DNA of 63,728 bases, counting the filler. It is 11 parts of 11 records of this genome, joined end to end, with 100 filler letters (N's around TTAATTAATTAA, not from the genome) between each part and the next. Parts side by side here need not be neighbours in the genome. Positions count along the whole stretch, not along the records: positions 48,323 to 52,900 come from SRR7504441_3193; positions 53,001 to 56,633 come from SRR7504441_3217; positions 56,734 to 60,532 come from SRR7504441_3222; 8 more parts are not named here. One strand, 5' to 3'. The position numbers and the translations under genes were made by a program. Each line of letters begins with the position of its first letter. Position 1 is the stretch's first letter. This document shows positions 49,205 to 60,632 of the stretch, one piece after another. The notes under the pieces are model-generated. The model was not told where the DNA came from. It worked only from the letters and a program-made list of their open reading frames with translations, and made no database searches.

Positions 49205-50016
49205 GCCCAAACTTGTACAATCAGGTGCGCGTGCTATGCGCATGCAAGCGATGCAGGCCTGCCTCCTTCTCAATTAGTACGCACCTACTGTGCACATGTA
49301 ACGTACTTAAATAACTTGTTTTAAACAAGGCTTCAATTTGCCCCGGTCATACCCGTATAATTATGTGGTCTAAAAAAAATAGCGGCTCGCTGCAGCTGCT
49401 ACATGTATACATGTCGGTATACGTACAGTGGCATGCTTGAAGGTGCCCCGCAGAGGGCTACGGCGGCCTGAGCATGCCGCGTGTTCAGTGGCAAGCTGCT
49501 TGCAATGCTGGCAAGGCCGACACTATGGTTGCCCAGTGCAAGCGTTACAAAGTAAATATGAATGCGGTGATGCCAAACTTCAGGGCCGCGATGACGGAGT
49601 ACAAAAATGACGACAAGACATTGCGCTACCTGAAGTATCTGGTCCAAGAGCTTCAAAATATCGAGGTTGACATCACCAACGACACAAGCCTCAAAACATC
49701 GAGGCGGTGCTAAACTCAGCCCCGTCGCTCGTGTTCGCATCTATTATACCAGAGTGTGTCCTCGTGCATATGCGCATCACATGCTGCACAAGGGAGGACT
49801 GCCATTCACCACAAGCACTCGAGGCGTGCAGGGGCCATGATAATTATACAGTCATGCAAGCCAATGATGACTATGAACCGAAATCACATCATCGGTCATC
49901 ACATCATCATCATTCAATTCGATTTTAATTACAGTGCAATGATTTAATAATAAAAATATGTAGAGCACTGTAAGAGCACTGGGCACTCTGAGCGTGTAAT
50001 GCACTTGTAATGCACC

Positions 50017-51279
50017 TTACGTTGACAACACATATTTGTAGCAAAGCGGCGGACGTGAGAGTGCCGTAAAGGTGGTGGTATATATGCCGTCATTGCCTAT
50101 GCTGAGATTGGTGACGGTTCCATCAATTGGCCGAGGCGTGTTGGCGGACGCTGGGATTTCTTGGAGCAGCATGCCGCCATGCGTGAAGATACACACTCCA
50201 CCAGCAGTCACAACAGGCTCATCATCATCGAACTCGTCCTTATCAGCCCTCACATCCTTCGTATATACAAGCCGCGTGCTGTCTGAAGCAATCATCGGAC
50301 TGATTGGGCGGCCGGGATCCGATGCTGTGATCGGAAATTGCCGGGTAGGTTGGCCATGTAATGCGCTAAATAGGTGGATGTGAGTGTAAGCGTATTCATC
50401 GACCACGGCGATCTCAGCTGAACCAACAGCTACAATATCGCCGGGGCTCAAAAGTCCAGTGTCTGATTTATGCAGCCCAAAAGAATAGCTGAGCGATTGA
50501 AGATCGTACACATGGATAAGGCCATACTCGTCAATTCCAGGAGCATATGCTGCGGTCGGTGGTAGAACATCTGGCCATAAATCCAGTTGAATCCTAGTGT
50601 GCTCATCCCACAAGCTTGCTGGAATGAAGAAAGCTCGGCTTGCAGCCACAGCAACTGCGCTGTAACCGTTATCATTCTCATCATCTGGGAAAGGGCATTC
50701 AGCCAGCACAGCACCGTCCGAAAGGGAGAGCACGACACCCGCAGAGTTTAGGGAGCAGTTGGCGACCAGAATGGCGGTACCGCCTCGGACCTCCACCATT
50801 TTGCGAGGCCAATCGCAGGCGATGCTTTTAACGATGAGGCCCTGGCTATCGATGACCCAGATCTTCCCGTTCGTTGCGCCTATTGCGATCCGGCCATCTG
50901 ACAGGGGTAAAAGTGACAGCCAGGCCGGGTCATCTTGCTCGTCCAGCACGACTTCCCCAATGCTGAGCGGGACTGGTACGTGTCTCAGCGCCTTGATGCT
51001 TCTCAGGTGCCTCTTCCAAGCAACGCTCCACCGGGTGCACACACCAGCCACCGCGTGCTTGAAGCCCAGCTGGGCCAGAATTGTCGCGAGCAGATCGGGC
51101 GCGTCCAGCACACTGTCCCGGGCCCAGTCGGGCAGCGGGCGATCCCCGAGCATGCAGCCAGCGAGTCTGCTTGCTTCCTGGCTGGTGGCCACCCCGGTCA
51201 CAGCGATCTGAAGCACCGCTTCTTTGGATAGTCCGGATAGCCGCCGCGCGAGTTCTAGCTGTTCCGCCGGCGAGGACAT
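50017..51279 (-). CDS. F-box-like + NHL/beta-propeller protein (intronless)
   Basis: VLDAPDLLATILAQL..AVAGVCTRWSVAW, then propeller-like strands (LLSPGDIVA..IAVVD..IHLF). Confidence 0.65.
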   Translation of the reverse strand: MSSPAEQLELARRLSGLSKEAVLQIAVTGVATSQEASRLAGCMLGDRPLPDWARDSVLDAPDLLATILAQLGFKHAVAGVCTRWSVAWKRHLRSIKALRHVPVPLSIGEVVLDEQDDPAWLSLLPLSDGRIAIGATNGKIWVIDSQGLIVKSIACDWPRKMVEVRGGTAILVANCSLNSAGVVLSLSDGAVLAECPFPDDENDNGYSAVAVAASRAFFIPASLWDEHTRIQLDLWPDVLPPTAAYAPGIDEYGLIHVYDLQSLSYSFGLHKSDTGLLSPGDIVAVGSAEIAVVDEYAYTHIHLFSALHGQPTRQFPITASDPGRPISPMIASDSTRLVYTKDVRADKDEFDDDEPVVTAGGVCIFTHGGMLLQEIPASANTPRPIDGTVTNLSIGNDGIYTTTFTALSRPPLCYKYVLST

Positions 51280-51415
51280 CTCGATGTTACAGGACGCACC
51301 GTCGGCACGAGTGTGCCGAGTGTCGTGTGGGGATTCGCATTCCGTTGGAATCGATCACCGAGGCACCGAGGCGAGCCTCCAAGGCCACCGCGAGAGGGGG
51401 GGGACGCGCCTAACA

Positions 51416-52900
51416 ATGGAAGGGGTCTCCAACCCGCTTTTGCTGGCCACTGCCAACGGCCAGGTCGAGGAGGTCCGCAAGCTGCTGCCCAGCTGCGATG
51501 TGAACGTCAAGGGCGCGAACGGCATCACCCCGGTGCACGTGGCGGCCTTCATGGGCCACAGCCAGGTGCTCCAGCTGCTCATACAGAGACGGGCCAACCC
51601 AAACCCGCTCACCCCGGGCGACTCCCCGCTCTGGACCGCCCTGCGCAAGAGGGGCTCGGAGAGCCCCGGGCACGATACATGCGCCGCCATGCTGGTGGCG
51701 AGTGGGGCGCGACTCACCCGAGCGGACACAACCGCGCTGCACCGCGCGGCCTGTGTGGACTCGCCGCTGACTATCCGGGCCATCGTGGCACAAGGCTTCT
51801 CTCCCGACACGTTGGACAGCCACGGGGTCAGCGCGCTTGAGACGGCCTGCCAGCAGCACAACCTGCGCGCGCTCGGAGCACTGATTGAATCCGGCGCCAA
51901 CGTCGGTGCCCAGTCGGACGAGGGCGGGACGGCGCTCCACATTGCGGCCGCGTCCAGGTCGGTTCAGTGCATTCACATGCTGCTGGCGGCCGCGGCAGAT
52001 CCAAACGTTCAAGACTGCGACGGGCTGACGGCTCTGCACGTGGCCTCGCAGCAAGGCGGCGACATCGAGATCGCCGAGGCTCTGCTCTCCTCCCCGCGGT
52101 GCGACCCGAACATCCAGGACGCCCGGGGGGAGAGCTCTGTGCACGTGGCTGTGCTCGAGGGCAACTTCTCTCTGGCCAAGTGTCTGGTGGACCGAGGAGC
52201 CAACCCTCACATCCCGGACGCCCGGCACAAGACAGCGCTAGACTACGCCGCACAGCAGCCAGCCAGCGGCCAGCCCGTTCCTGCCCCGCGCCTGGCTGAG
52301 TCTGCCGCCCCAAGGCCAGATGCACGGCCGAGCCCGATGCCAGAGTCTGCGTACAGCCCATCGGCGTATGCGCCCGGAGGCCAAGGCGGAAGCAGTCCGC
52401 CCGGGGGCTGGCTGCAAGAGGCCAAGCAGGAAGCCGCCGCCACGTGGCAGGCGGTGGACGCGCTTGAGCGAGAGCGTCGGGCCAAGGCGGAGGCGGAGCA
52501 GGAGCACATGAACGCTCTGGCCGAGGCTAGGGCGCAGGCCTTCGAGGAGCGCAAAGCTCTGGAGATGAAGTACAAAGGGAGCGATCTGGCCAGGCGGGCG
52601 CCGGAGGCCGGCCTGGAGAGTGGGTTGAGTCCGAAGGAGCGAGTTCTGCAGCGCAAGCAGCGGCAGCAAGAGAAGCACGAGGCCCTGCTGGCACAGGCGC
52701 GCGACGAGGCGTTCGAAGAGCGGCAGCAGCTCGAGGCAAAGTACAAGGGAAAGGAGGGAGCGCCCAAGCGAGCCAGTCGGAACAAGCCGGTTGTGAGACC
52801 CGAGGAGCCAGAGCCGCCCTGGAAGAGGCCTCCAAGGCCCGGGCCTGAGGAGTTTTCTCCAGAGCCGGTACGAAGGCCGCGAGAGAGTCAAGAGATGTCT
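51416..52900 (+). CDS. Ankyrin-repeat protein with a charged C-terminal region; 3' truncated
   Basis: GITPVHVAA, GGTALHIAA, GLTALHVAS, GESSVHVAV, TALDYA; duplicated LA.AR..AFEER..LE.KYKG. Confidence 0.88.
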
Positions 52901-53000
52901 NNNNNNNNNNNNNNNNNNNNNNNNNNNNNNNNNNNNNNNNNNNNTTAATTAATTAANNNNNNNNNNNNNNNNNNNNNNNNNNNNNNNNNNNNNNNNNNNN
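52901..53000. other. Artificial contig linker
   Basis: N44-TTAATTAATTAA-N44. Confidence 0.99.
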
Positions 53001-53307
53001 CGCTGAATAGTGGGAGTCAAGGCCGGAATGCCACCTTGGCCTAATTGGGAATTTGTGGCTCCACAAGTGTCACCACTATTGCGCGCGTTTGAGCAGCAGC
53101 CTGACTGCCCGAGAACTAGCCCGCACCGATGTAGCCAGCCTCTGTCCCTGCCGCTCCAATAATAATTTCTAACAAATGTACTTATTAATTACTTGTATCA
53201 GATTAGGAGATCTAGAAGTCCTCGCGATGGAGTACAGATCATTGTTCTTCAAGAGTACAGTTCATTGTTTATCAACGTTGATTAAATAAGTAATTTTATT
53301 GAACATT

Positions 53308-56300
53308 TCAATCTGCGCATGCAGCTCGTGCAGCTGCTTGAGCTCTACGGCGCTCAGTACGCTCTACCATCTGACGCCACACTTGTGGGGTGGGTCGTCG
53401 AGCTGCACGTGCATCGTCGTCATTTGGGAACATGAAATTTGGGGCTGGGCTTGTTGAGAACGACACCTTGTTCCCTGTGGGACGCCTGATCTTTGTACCA
53501 ATGTAGAATTGCAATTCATCGTCTAAGCACGCCACGATCAAGTTGCATGCTGGAAGACGGCGATCCCACCTGGCAACCATGCACTCACTTTACAACTATG
53601 CAGCAGCTAGGAGGAGGGACCTTGCAAGCTCTCGGTTAACGATCTCTTCAGCAACATACCGAGCCTTGAATTGCTCTTCCTCCCGCTTACGAATGCGGTA
53701 ATGCTCAGGGCTCAGCACAAGGGTTGGCTGGACAATGCCATCCTGCCACACTCGAAAGCTGACATCCGCTATTTTTGAGCACCAATACAGGCAAAAGAAT
53801 CCATGCATGTGCCCTAGTGAACCTAGATCTATCGTCGGGCCTGGCGGGGCCCTTTCCTTCTGTTTTTGAATCCAGTCCACTATATGGAACACCACATGTT
53901 GCTCCAATAGTTGCCCTCTGTCAGCATGGTACGTCAACTCAGCAACTGCCTGAAACAAGTTTGTGGGTTCCGAACAGGCGGTCATCTTCAAGCCACCATG
54001 TCGTTGCAGTGCTCGTTCGAGCTCCTTCAGGCTGCCGCTGGTAGGATCAGGGTTGAACTTGGGCTGCCTGTTGAACCCTGTCTTGGGCTCCCAAAGAGCC
54101 GGCTTACACGTTGAAAGTCTGAAAAGTTTTAACTGATGAGTAGTCACAGGTGTTGGGAGGGGACAGAGCTGTGCAGTCCGATGCAAGCGAATGTTTTGAA
54201 TCAACCGGCACACATGCCGCTGAACATGCGAACCGATATCTTCTGCACTGCGGGCGTTTCTTGATCTGCCTGCCAGCGCAACAAAGTCAGCCTGCACTGC
54301 TTGCAACTGGAAATGTTGTTCTTCCATGTCGCTCTGAGAGGAAGTTGAGACTTGCACCAGATGCTGCAGGAACCCTTGAAGCGCTTTCTTTAACACTTGT
54401 GATTTACCTCCATTCTGAAGATCTTTGACTAAGTATTTACGCTGCTGTTCGATGTGAGCTCTGAGCTCAACCTCAAGTTTTGACCAGAACTCGTCCCAGT
54501 ACTGACCGCCTTCAAGCGCACCACCAACGATATCCTTGACCTCACATATACTCTTTCCCTGTTGGGCAGGCTCCAAGATGTATTTGCGTAGGACGTGTTC
54601 GCGACTGGTGCGACAAACTCTTTTGGATTGCTGAGTCAACATCTTCTGGTTTGATTTGGACTTGAAGGACCAGAACCGCTCGAAACGGGAGTCCAGGATT
54701 TTGGGCAGTGTTTCCGTGAAGTATGTTTCACGGACGTGCCGAGGAATAATCACTCCTAATGGTATGCTGTCAATAGCCTTCTCAATTGTATCTTTGAGAT
54801 CACCCTTGAACATTTGCAAAGTACCCTCGATGGCGGTCTGTAACGGCTGCACCCCAAACACAATCAACATGTATCATGTTACAAAGAAATAACGCATCAC
54901 CTCGAAGTCGATAGCGAGCACATCTTCCGATCCAAAAGCGATGTTTATCATCCCATTCCTGCCCAATTTCCTCCCCAGCGTTTTGGGTTCGAGTTTACTC
55001 AACAAGGCCGAAAGCTTGAGCTTGTTAAACCTTTTGGCACTACTTTCCCATTGGGCTCTGACGTCTAGCGGCTTGGTTCGTTCTTCCAGACTGGTGAAGT
55101 CGCTGACTTCAGCATGCATTTGACCTTGTAAGCTTCGGTGCAGAGGCTGTATGTCCAGGGCCACTTGCTCTGCACGATTCTTCATTTCGTTCTTATCCCT
55201 CAGTAACTTCCTTGCAGCTGCAACAAGTTCCTCAGGGACCTTATCGCTTGCATTTGCATCCTCGCGAATCGAGGTGAGCTGCGACTCAAGTCGTGGGATA
55301 AGAACCTCGACATAGCGGTCCAGTTCACACTTGATGTGATCCTGATTGAGTAGTTCGAGCAGACCCAGCATCCAAGTCATGTTGGTTTGTTCCAAAACAT
55401 CCTTTTTGTCTTCATGGGTATCCGAAAGCATTAGCGATGTGTAAAGCAGCGGATATATGGTTCGAACAAGCACAGCATCCTTCATTTCTTCTAAATGGTG
55501 CGCTTCAATCTTATTCTCCAATTTCCTGTTTTCTCGCTTCAAGAGTCCCCAGAACGCCTCTCTGGTCTCCTGCTCATTGGTAGCCTCAATGTTGCGCGTT
55601 TGTTGCTGCATCAACCCATCTGGATACAGCGGGTCGCCATTCTCTTGGCAATGCACGAACACAATCTGGTGGGCTTGCCGTTCTAGAAGCATACGCTGAA
55701 CTGCTTTAGACTCTGCAAGCATTTCATATGTAGCGCTATCGGTTTTCAAATTCTTTTTCAACAACACAAATATTACCTTCGCTTCGGACACAGCTGTCTC
55801 AGTGATATAGGTGTTCTCATCGCTTGTGTCATTGGTGCCTGGTAGATCATGCAAGCAATTTCCACCTTCAAGCACGTATGTAGGGTAAAATACCCGTGCG
55901 CTGTCAATGGCAAAACGGAAGATGTTATCAGTCTTCATCAGCCACTCTAGCTTGTTGTGCACATACTCTGTTTCAAGCTCCAGGGAGCATGCGTCTGCTT
56001 CTTCTAAGAGCTGGCTATGATAGATTCGATGGAATCTGGCATCGTCGGCGTTAGCTACGTTGTCATTCATAATCATCCAACTTCTCAGCTTCTGGTGCAC
56101 GACTACATCTGCCTCCTCTTGTGGCAGATCATCAAGGCATAGGTAGTGCTCACACTGCTCATCAGCAGAATCTTCTACTGTGGCAGTGCATTCGACCTGT
56201 GTCGCCTTTGTGATTGCAACGTATGACTTCCAGCTTGCAGTAAGACGGGCTTTCTCCTCCTTGTCGGCATCTTCCAGGTCCGTATCTTCATCTGCATAAT

Positions 56301-56633
56301 GCCGTCGGAGCCGACAATACTCAAAAGCTTCTCTCTTCAACTCTCCAAGCGTTTTCAATATTAGATGCAGATGCGGTCTCTTACCATAACAGCAGATGAT
56401 GCCAAATGAAGTCGTAGTCCCAGTTGAATTTCCTGCCGGAAGCAGCCCCTTTGGTATGCTGATAGCACGCTGGCTGTCCATCTGTCTTCCCTCGCTAAAC
56501 CTACACAAAGCATCCATAGCGTCGGCATCAGCAGCAACTGCCGCCTTTATTTGTTCATGTTGGAATGCTGGAGCTTCTTCGATGCCAATGTTCTCCGCAG
56601 GCTGTTTGATCGTTCCGAAGGCCTCTAAAGCCT
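53308..56633 (-). CDS. Dynamin-superfamily (SLIP-GC/Dynamin_N-like) GTPase with helical stalk and C-terminal OTU-like domain; 5' partial
   Basis: G2 region LLPAGNSTGTTTS and G3 LHDLPGTND; G1 lies beyond the contig edge. Two GT-AG introns join ORFs 54874-56517, 53596-54870 and 53308-53580. Confidence 0.7.
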
Positions 56634-56733
56634 NNNNNNNNNNNNNNNNNNNNNNNNNNNNNNNNNNNNNNNNNNNNTTAATTAATTAANNNNNNNNNNN
56701 NNNNNNNNNNNNNNNNNNNNNNNNNNNNNNNNN
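56634..56733. other. Artificial contig linker
   Basis: N44-TTAATTAATTAA-N44. Confidence 0.99.
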
Positions 56734-56759
56734 ACGCTGACTGTATATCTCCAGTGTGA

Positions 56760-59033
56760 ATGGCCGACCCGACCACTGCGCCCAGCCAGGCGCCCTCTGT
56801 TTACTATAACTACGGCGACGACAGCAACATCTCGTGGGGCGACGACTGGAACAACGAGTTCTTCTGGCTCAACGTCGGGCTCACCCTGCCAGTCCTGTTC
56901 ATGGCGGTCGGGTTCGTGTGCATCGCCGCCGCCAAGTACGGCGACCGCGGGCGGACGCTGACCATCTCGGTGATCATCCTGGCGGTGGTGGCGGTGGCCG
57001 AGTTTCTGGGTCTGTTCTTTGGGTACAACTATCCGGAGATCAAGATGAACAACGACTTCGAGCCGGCCTCTCCAGACGGGATGTGCCTGGTCCAGACCGT
57101 CACCCAGTACGAGCACGTGTGCTGCTCGTACAGCGGGTGCTCCTGCTCAGTTTCTGGATCGGCAGGCAGTTATTATTACAACTATTGCTCCGACACCAAG
57201 AGCCGGTATGAGTCGAACGATGGCCAGACCTACCTCGAGGCGGTCAAGGCCGGTCCGGGTTACACTGGCCAGTCGGTCCCTTCCAGGTGCTACACCCAGC
57301 GCCAGACATGCTGCTCCTGGAGCTGCGTGAGGCGCTCTGGCACCGAGGAGCTACCGGCCGACCCGCGGGCGATCACAGATGCCACGCTCCAGTCCCCTGC
57401 GCTGTTAGACCGCCGCTACTCTGACCCCTCACCGACACCTCCGCCGACACCTCCCCCCTGCAGCTATGTGTGTGATTATTACGGCGACACGACCTGCCAG
57501 GTGATCATAGCAGTATGGATGCCCTACCCCTAACCCGGCCGCCGTAGTGCATTCAGCTCAGCCAACTGGGTGCCAGTTTTCGTGCGGAGTTTGTATTCGA
57601 GCCACGCTGAGCTTGCTCTACTGGACCTCGGATGCTGGATACTTTGAGCGGAAGAGCGACGACAGCTGCGACGGTAACTTCGACTGCTATGTCAGCAGCT
57701 ATGTGAAGGAGCTCGGATCTGATACTGGCACTATCAACACTTGGCTGAATGAACATCAGCAGGGGTACAAGATTCCTTGCTGGTACAATCCTGAGGACAA
57801 GAGTGAAGTGGTCTTGAAAGACGATCACGACTACTCGGGTCAAACGTCGTGCTTTGCCTGCGAGTGATTCGTGCTTTGCAGGTTGGAAGTGGTTCCTCAC
57901 TGCATGGCCGATGGCAGTCATATTTGTTGGCGGTGTTGTCTCGCTATTTTGGGCATTCTACAAAGCCTATGAAGCACCTGCACTGCATGGTGCTGAGCGT
58001 TCTACAAAGATGGCCTTCTGCTGGACCTGCTTCTCTTGCTTTGGGGTGCTGCTGCCCTGGTGCTTTTTCGTCCCACTCTCCACAGTGTAACAGCCAGCCT
58101 ATAATATGTGCAGCGAGGCTCACAGCTTGGTGGCAGTGAAGATTTCGATTGGGCCACTGTTCAGGGGCTCTTTGGGTGAGCTGCATACTTGATAAATAGA
58201 GATGTAATTTTACTGATGTGTGATAATGCAGCGCTGCCACCTCGATGTTTGCTGTTCTCGGCCTTCCAGCAGTGCTCTTCGTCTACGTCACACACAAGCA
58301 ACAGATTGCGTCATCATGGGTGCCCTGTGAGATCTCTAAGAGTGATGCATCGGTCGAGGCAGTCATTTTCATTTATCTATCCTGGGCTGTCCCGATTGGT
58401 GTTATATTGCCATATTACTACTCTCAGACCGGTGGAGACTTGCCAGTTTCAGTCATTGTCACAATCGCAGCTGTTCCAGTGTTAGGAACAGTTCTCGGTG
58501 TTGTTTATGATTCCGGTCTGTACGGCAATGGGATCATTCCAGCGCTCAAGGAAAGGTGGCGCAATCAAGAGCGTGCCGCTCGCCGTGCGCAAGTCGAAGG
58601 ATCTAGGGAGCTGTTTGTCATGCTCTCTGGGGAGGCACTCGTCGCTCGCTGTCAGATGAAGACCTGGGTAGAAGAAACAGTGGATGAGTTGCTGAGCAGG
58701 GTGAAAGAGCATGTCGGCCTCTCGGGGATGGCACAAGAGAGAGAGCTGCAGCTAGTGTTTTCCAATACACCACTGGCTGGTGACGTCAAGATTGGACAAG
58801 CTGGCATCGAATCGGTGTGTGGATTGGCATCGCGCTGGCTGAATGCATTGTGTGTGTAGGACGCTCAAGTTCAAGTGAACGTCAAAGAGGTATATGCTGA
58901 CGGCCCAGTGAGCATTGAGCTGAAAAAAGTGGACATTGAGTACTCGATGGAAGAGGTGCAGAACCCGACTTTCAAGCCTACGGCCCCGTCGGCGCCACCA
59001 CCGCCACAGATGGGAGGTACCGTACCGATATAG
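56760..59033 (+). CDS. Multi-pass membrane protein with a Cys-rich loop and C-terminal ubiquitin-like domain, multi-intron
   Basis: Two TMs, a Cys-rich loop ending GYKIPCWYNPEDKSEVVL, about four more TMs, then ETVDELLSRVKEHVG..LQLVFSNTPLAGDVKIGQAGIES|DAQVQV. Confidence 0.7.
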
Positions 59034-59345
59034 CTGTGTTGCTCGCCCCGGCTCCTGAAGAAGCGATCAAGAATCAGCCGCGGAAGTCAATTCATTTTCA
59101 GCATCGACTCGTTGCAGACTCGCCGGTGATTCGGAATACTCGTACAGGTCTAGCTAGGACTGAGCCGGTACGATGTCCAGTCGTCACTGAACATTGCTTC
59201 AAGATTGTGTGTACATGTACCCTAGGTAACCCTACTGGCCTAGGACACATTGATCTTTTGAATAATATTTGCAATGAAATGAACATTCATGAATCACGCA
59301 GATTTATCTATCATTATGTATACACAGACACTACAAGAGGTCAGA

Positions 59346-60518
59346 CTAGCGCACCATGAGTTGCGCTAGTGTGAAGCAATCCCGGCCACCCTTGTATGCT
59401 GTACCGGTGATCTGCGGGCATCCGGTCACCCCTGAGAACATGACTATCGGAATTCCGTCCGCGTCCTGCACCATTTGCGGTCGCTCGCGCCGCTCACATA
59501 CCATGCTGGTGCCGTCCGTGAATTGGATTGTCGTGTTGTAAGCGCCGACCCGTGGCTCGCTCCAACTGATTCCGTCCCGGCTCCAGGCGTGTCCGCCTTG
59601 CTGGAGCTTCGGCTGGCAGCCGCCAGGAAGAGCATTCACAAGCATGTGGTAGTTCCCGCGCTGATCTCTGAACACAGATGGGTCTTCGCTCGTGTGCGTA
59701 TAGACAGGGTTGGTGCCTCCAGAGCACTCGGAGGTGCTGCTTGCACAAAACTGGACGCCAATCGACTCCCTGGAGCACGGGCTGGAGGTTCTGGCAGACG
59801 CTCGATACCACATTGTCATCGAGCCGTTTGGCCACAACAGCGGGCCTGGGTTCTGCTCTCGGCTGACTAGAGCGCCTGGAGTAGTTGAGCTCCAGTTATT
59901 GCCGTTGCCATCATCAGAGCTCGACACCACAATCGGTCCTGATCCGTGATCAATCGAGTACAGGTGCCACCGGCCGTCGACTGGCGACTGCTTCACCGTA
60001 GGGTTGTGGTGCTCCGGCGGGGCCACTAGCTTCTGCCGGATGAACGGACCGCCGGGCGCGCGAGCCACGGCATGAGCGACCTGCGAGTGGCTTGTCCACC
60101 CGCCTAGCCCTTTCCGACCGGCCGGGCCGATCTCTGCCACGAGCAGGTGCCACTTGCCGTCCTTGCCGCGCAGCGCGTTGCCGCCCCACGAGGACCAGTC
60201 TGGGTCCACATACCCGAGTGCCGCCCGGTCCACCTTCTGGAAGTTCAGGTAGGAGCAGTCCCGGCCGGACGCCCACCCGTCGCAACGGCATCGGCCGGCG
60301 CTGCAGGTGCCGGCCAGTGAGCAGTCCCAATCGGACCTGCAGCTGAAGCCTGTGCGGTTGGCGCAGCCGCTGCCGCAGCTCGAGTTCGGGAAGCTGCCGT
60401 AGCCGTTGACGCACACGCCTCTCTCGCCACCAGACGGGTCGCAGCCATACCCGCCCTGGTGCGCGGCCGGTGCTGCGCACGCAGCGGCCACGAGCAACGC
60501 AAATCTGTGGATCGACAT
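59346..60518 (-). CDS. Secreted EGF-like + five-bladed propeller glycoside hydrolase (GH43-like clan)
   Basis: Signal peptide, CSLAGTC..CRCDGWASGRDC, SSWGGN..GKWHL, HNPTV, EDPSVF.D.RGNYHML, RRERPQ. Confidence 0.75.
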   Translation of the reverse strand: MSIHRFALLVAAACAAPAAHQGGYGCDPSGGERGVCVNGYGSFPNSSCGSGCANRTGFSCRSDWDCSLAGTCSAGRCRCDGWASGRDCSYLNFQKVDRAALGYVDPDWSSWGGNALRGKDGKWHLLVAEIGPAGRKGLGGWTSHSQVAHAVARAPGGPFIRQKLVAPPEHHNPTVKQSPVDGRWHLYSIDHGSGPIVVSSSDDGNGNNWSSTTPGALVSREQNPGPLLWPNGSMTMWYRASARTSSPCSRESIGVQFCASSTSECSGGTNPVYTHTSEDPSVFRDQRGNYHMLVNALPGGCQPKLQQGGHAWSRDGISWSEPRVGAYNTTIQFTDGTSMVCERRERPQMVQDADGIPIVMFSGVTGCPQITGTAYKGGRDCFTLAQLMVR

Positions 60519-60532
60519 TGCAAGGGTCCGTT

Positions 60533-60632
60533 NNNNNNNNNNNNNNNNNNNNNNNNNNNNNNNNNNNNNNNNNNNNTTAATTAATTAANNNNNNNNNNNN
60601 NNNNNNNNNNNNNNNNNNNNNNNNNNNNNNNN
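60533..60632. other. Artificial contig linker
   Basis: N44-TTAATTAATTAA-N44. Confidence 0.99.

Noticed and set aside
49474..49713. 79-aa ORF MPRVQWQAAC..
   Set aside because: No recognisable motif or splice partner; cannot be supported as a gene
917..58860. Introner family among the short introns
   Set aside because: The introns I compared share length and splice signals but no recognisable sequence similarity or terminal inverted repeats
6774..60632. Recurring TTAATTAATTAA flanked by N runs as a biological repeat or CRISPR-like array
   Set aside because: Identical 100-nt six-frame-stop linkers added during contig concatenation; ORFs running into them are artefacts
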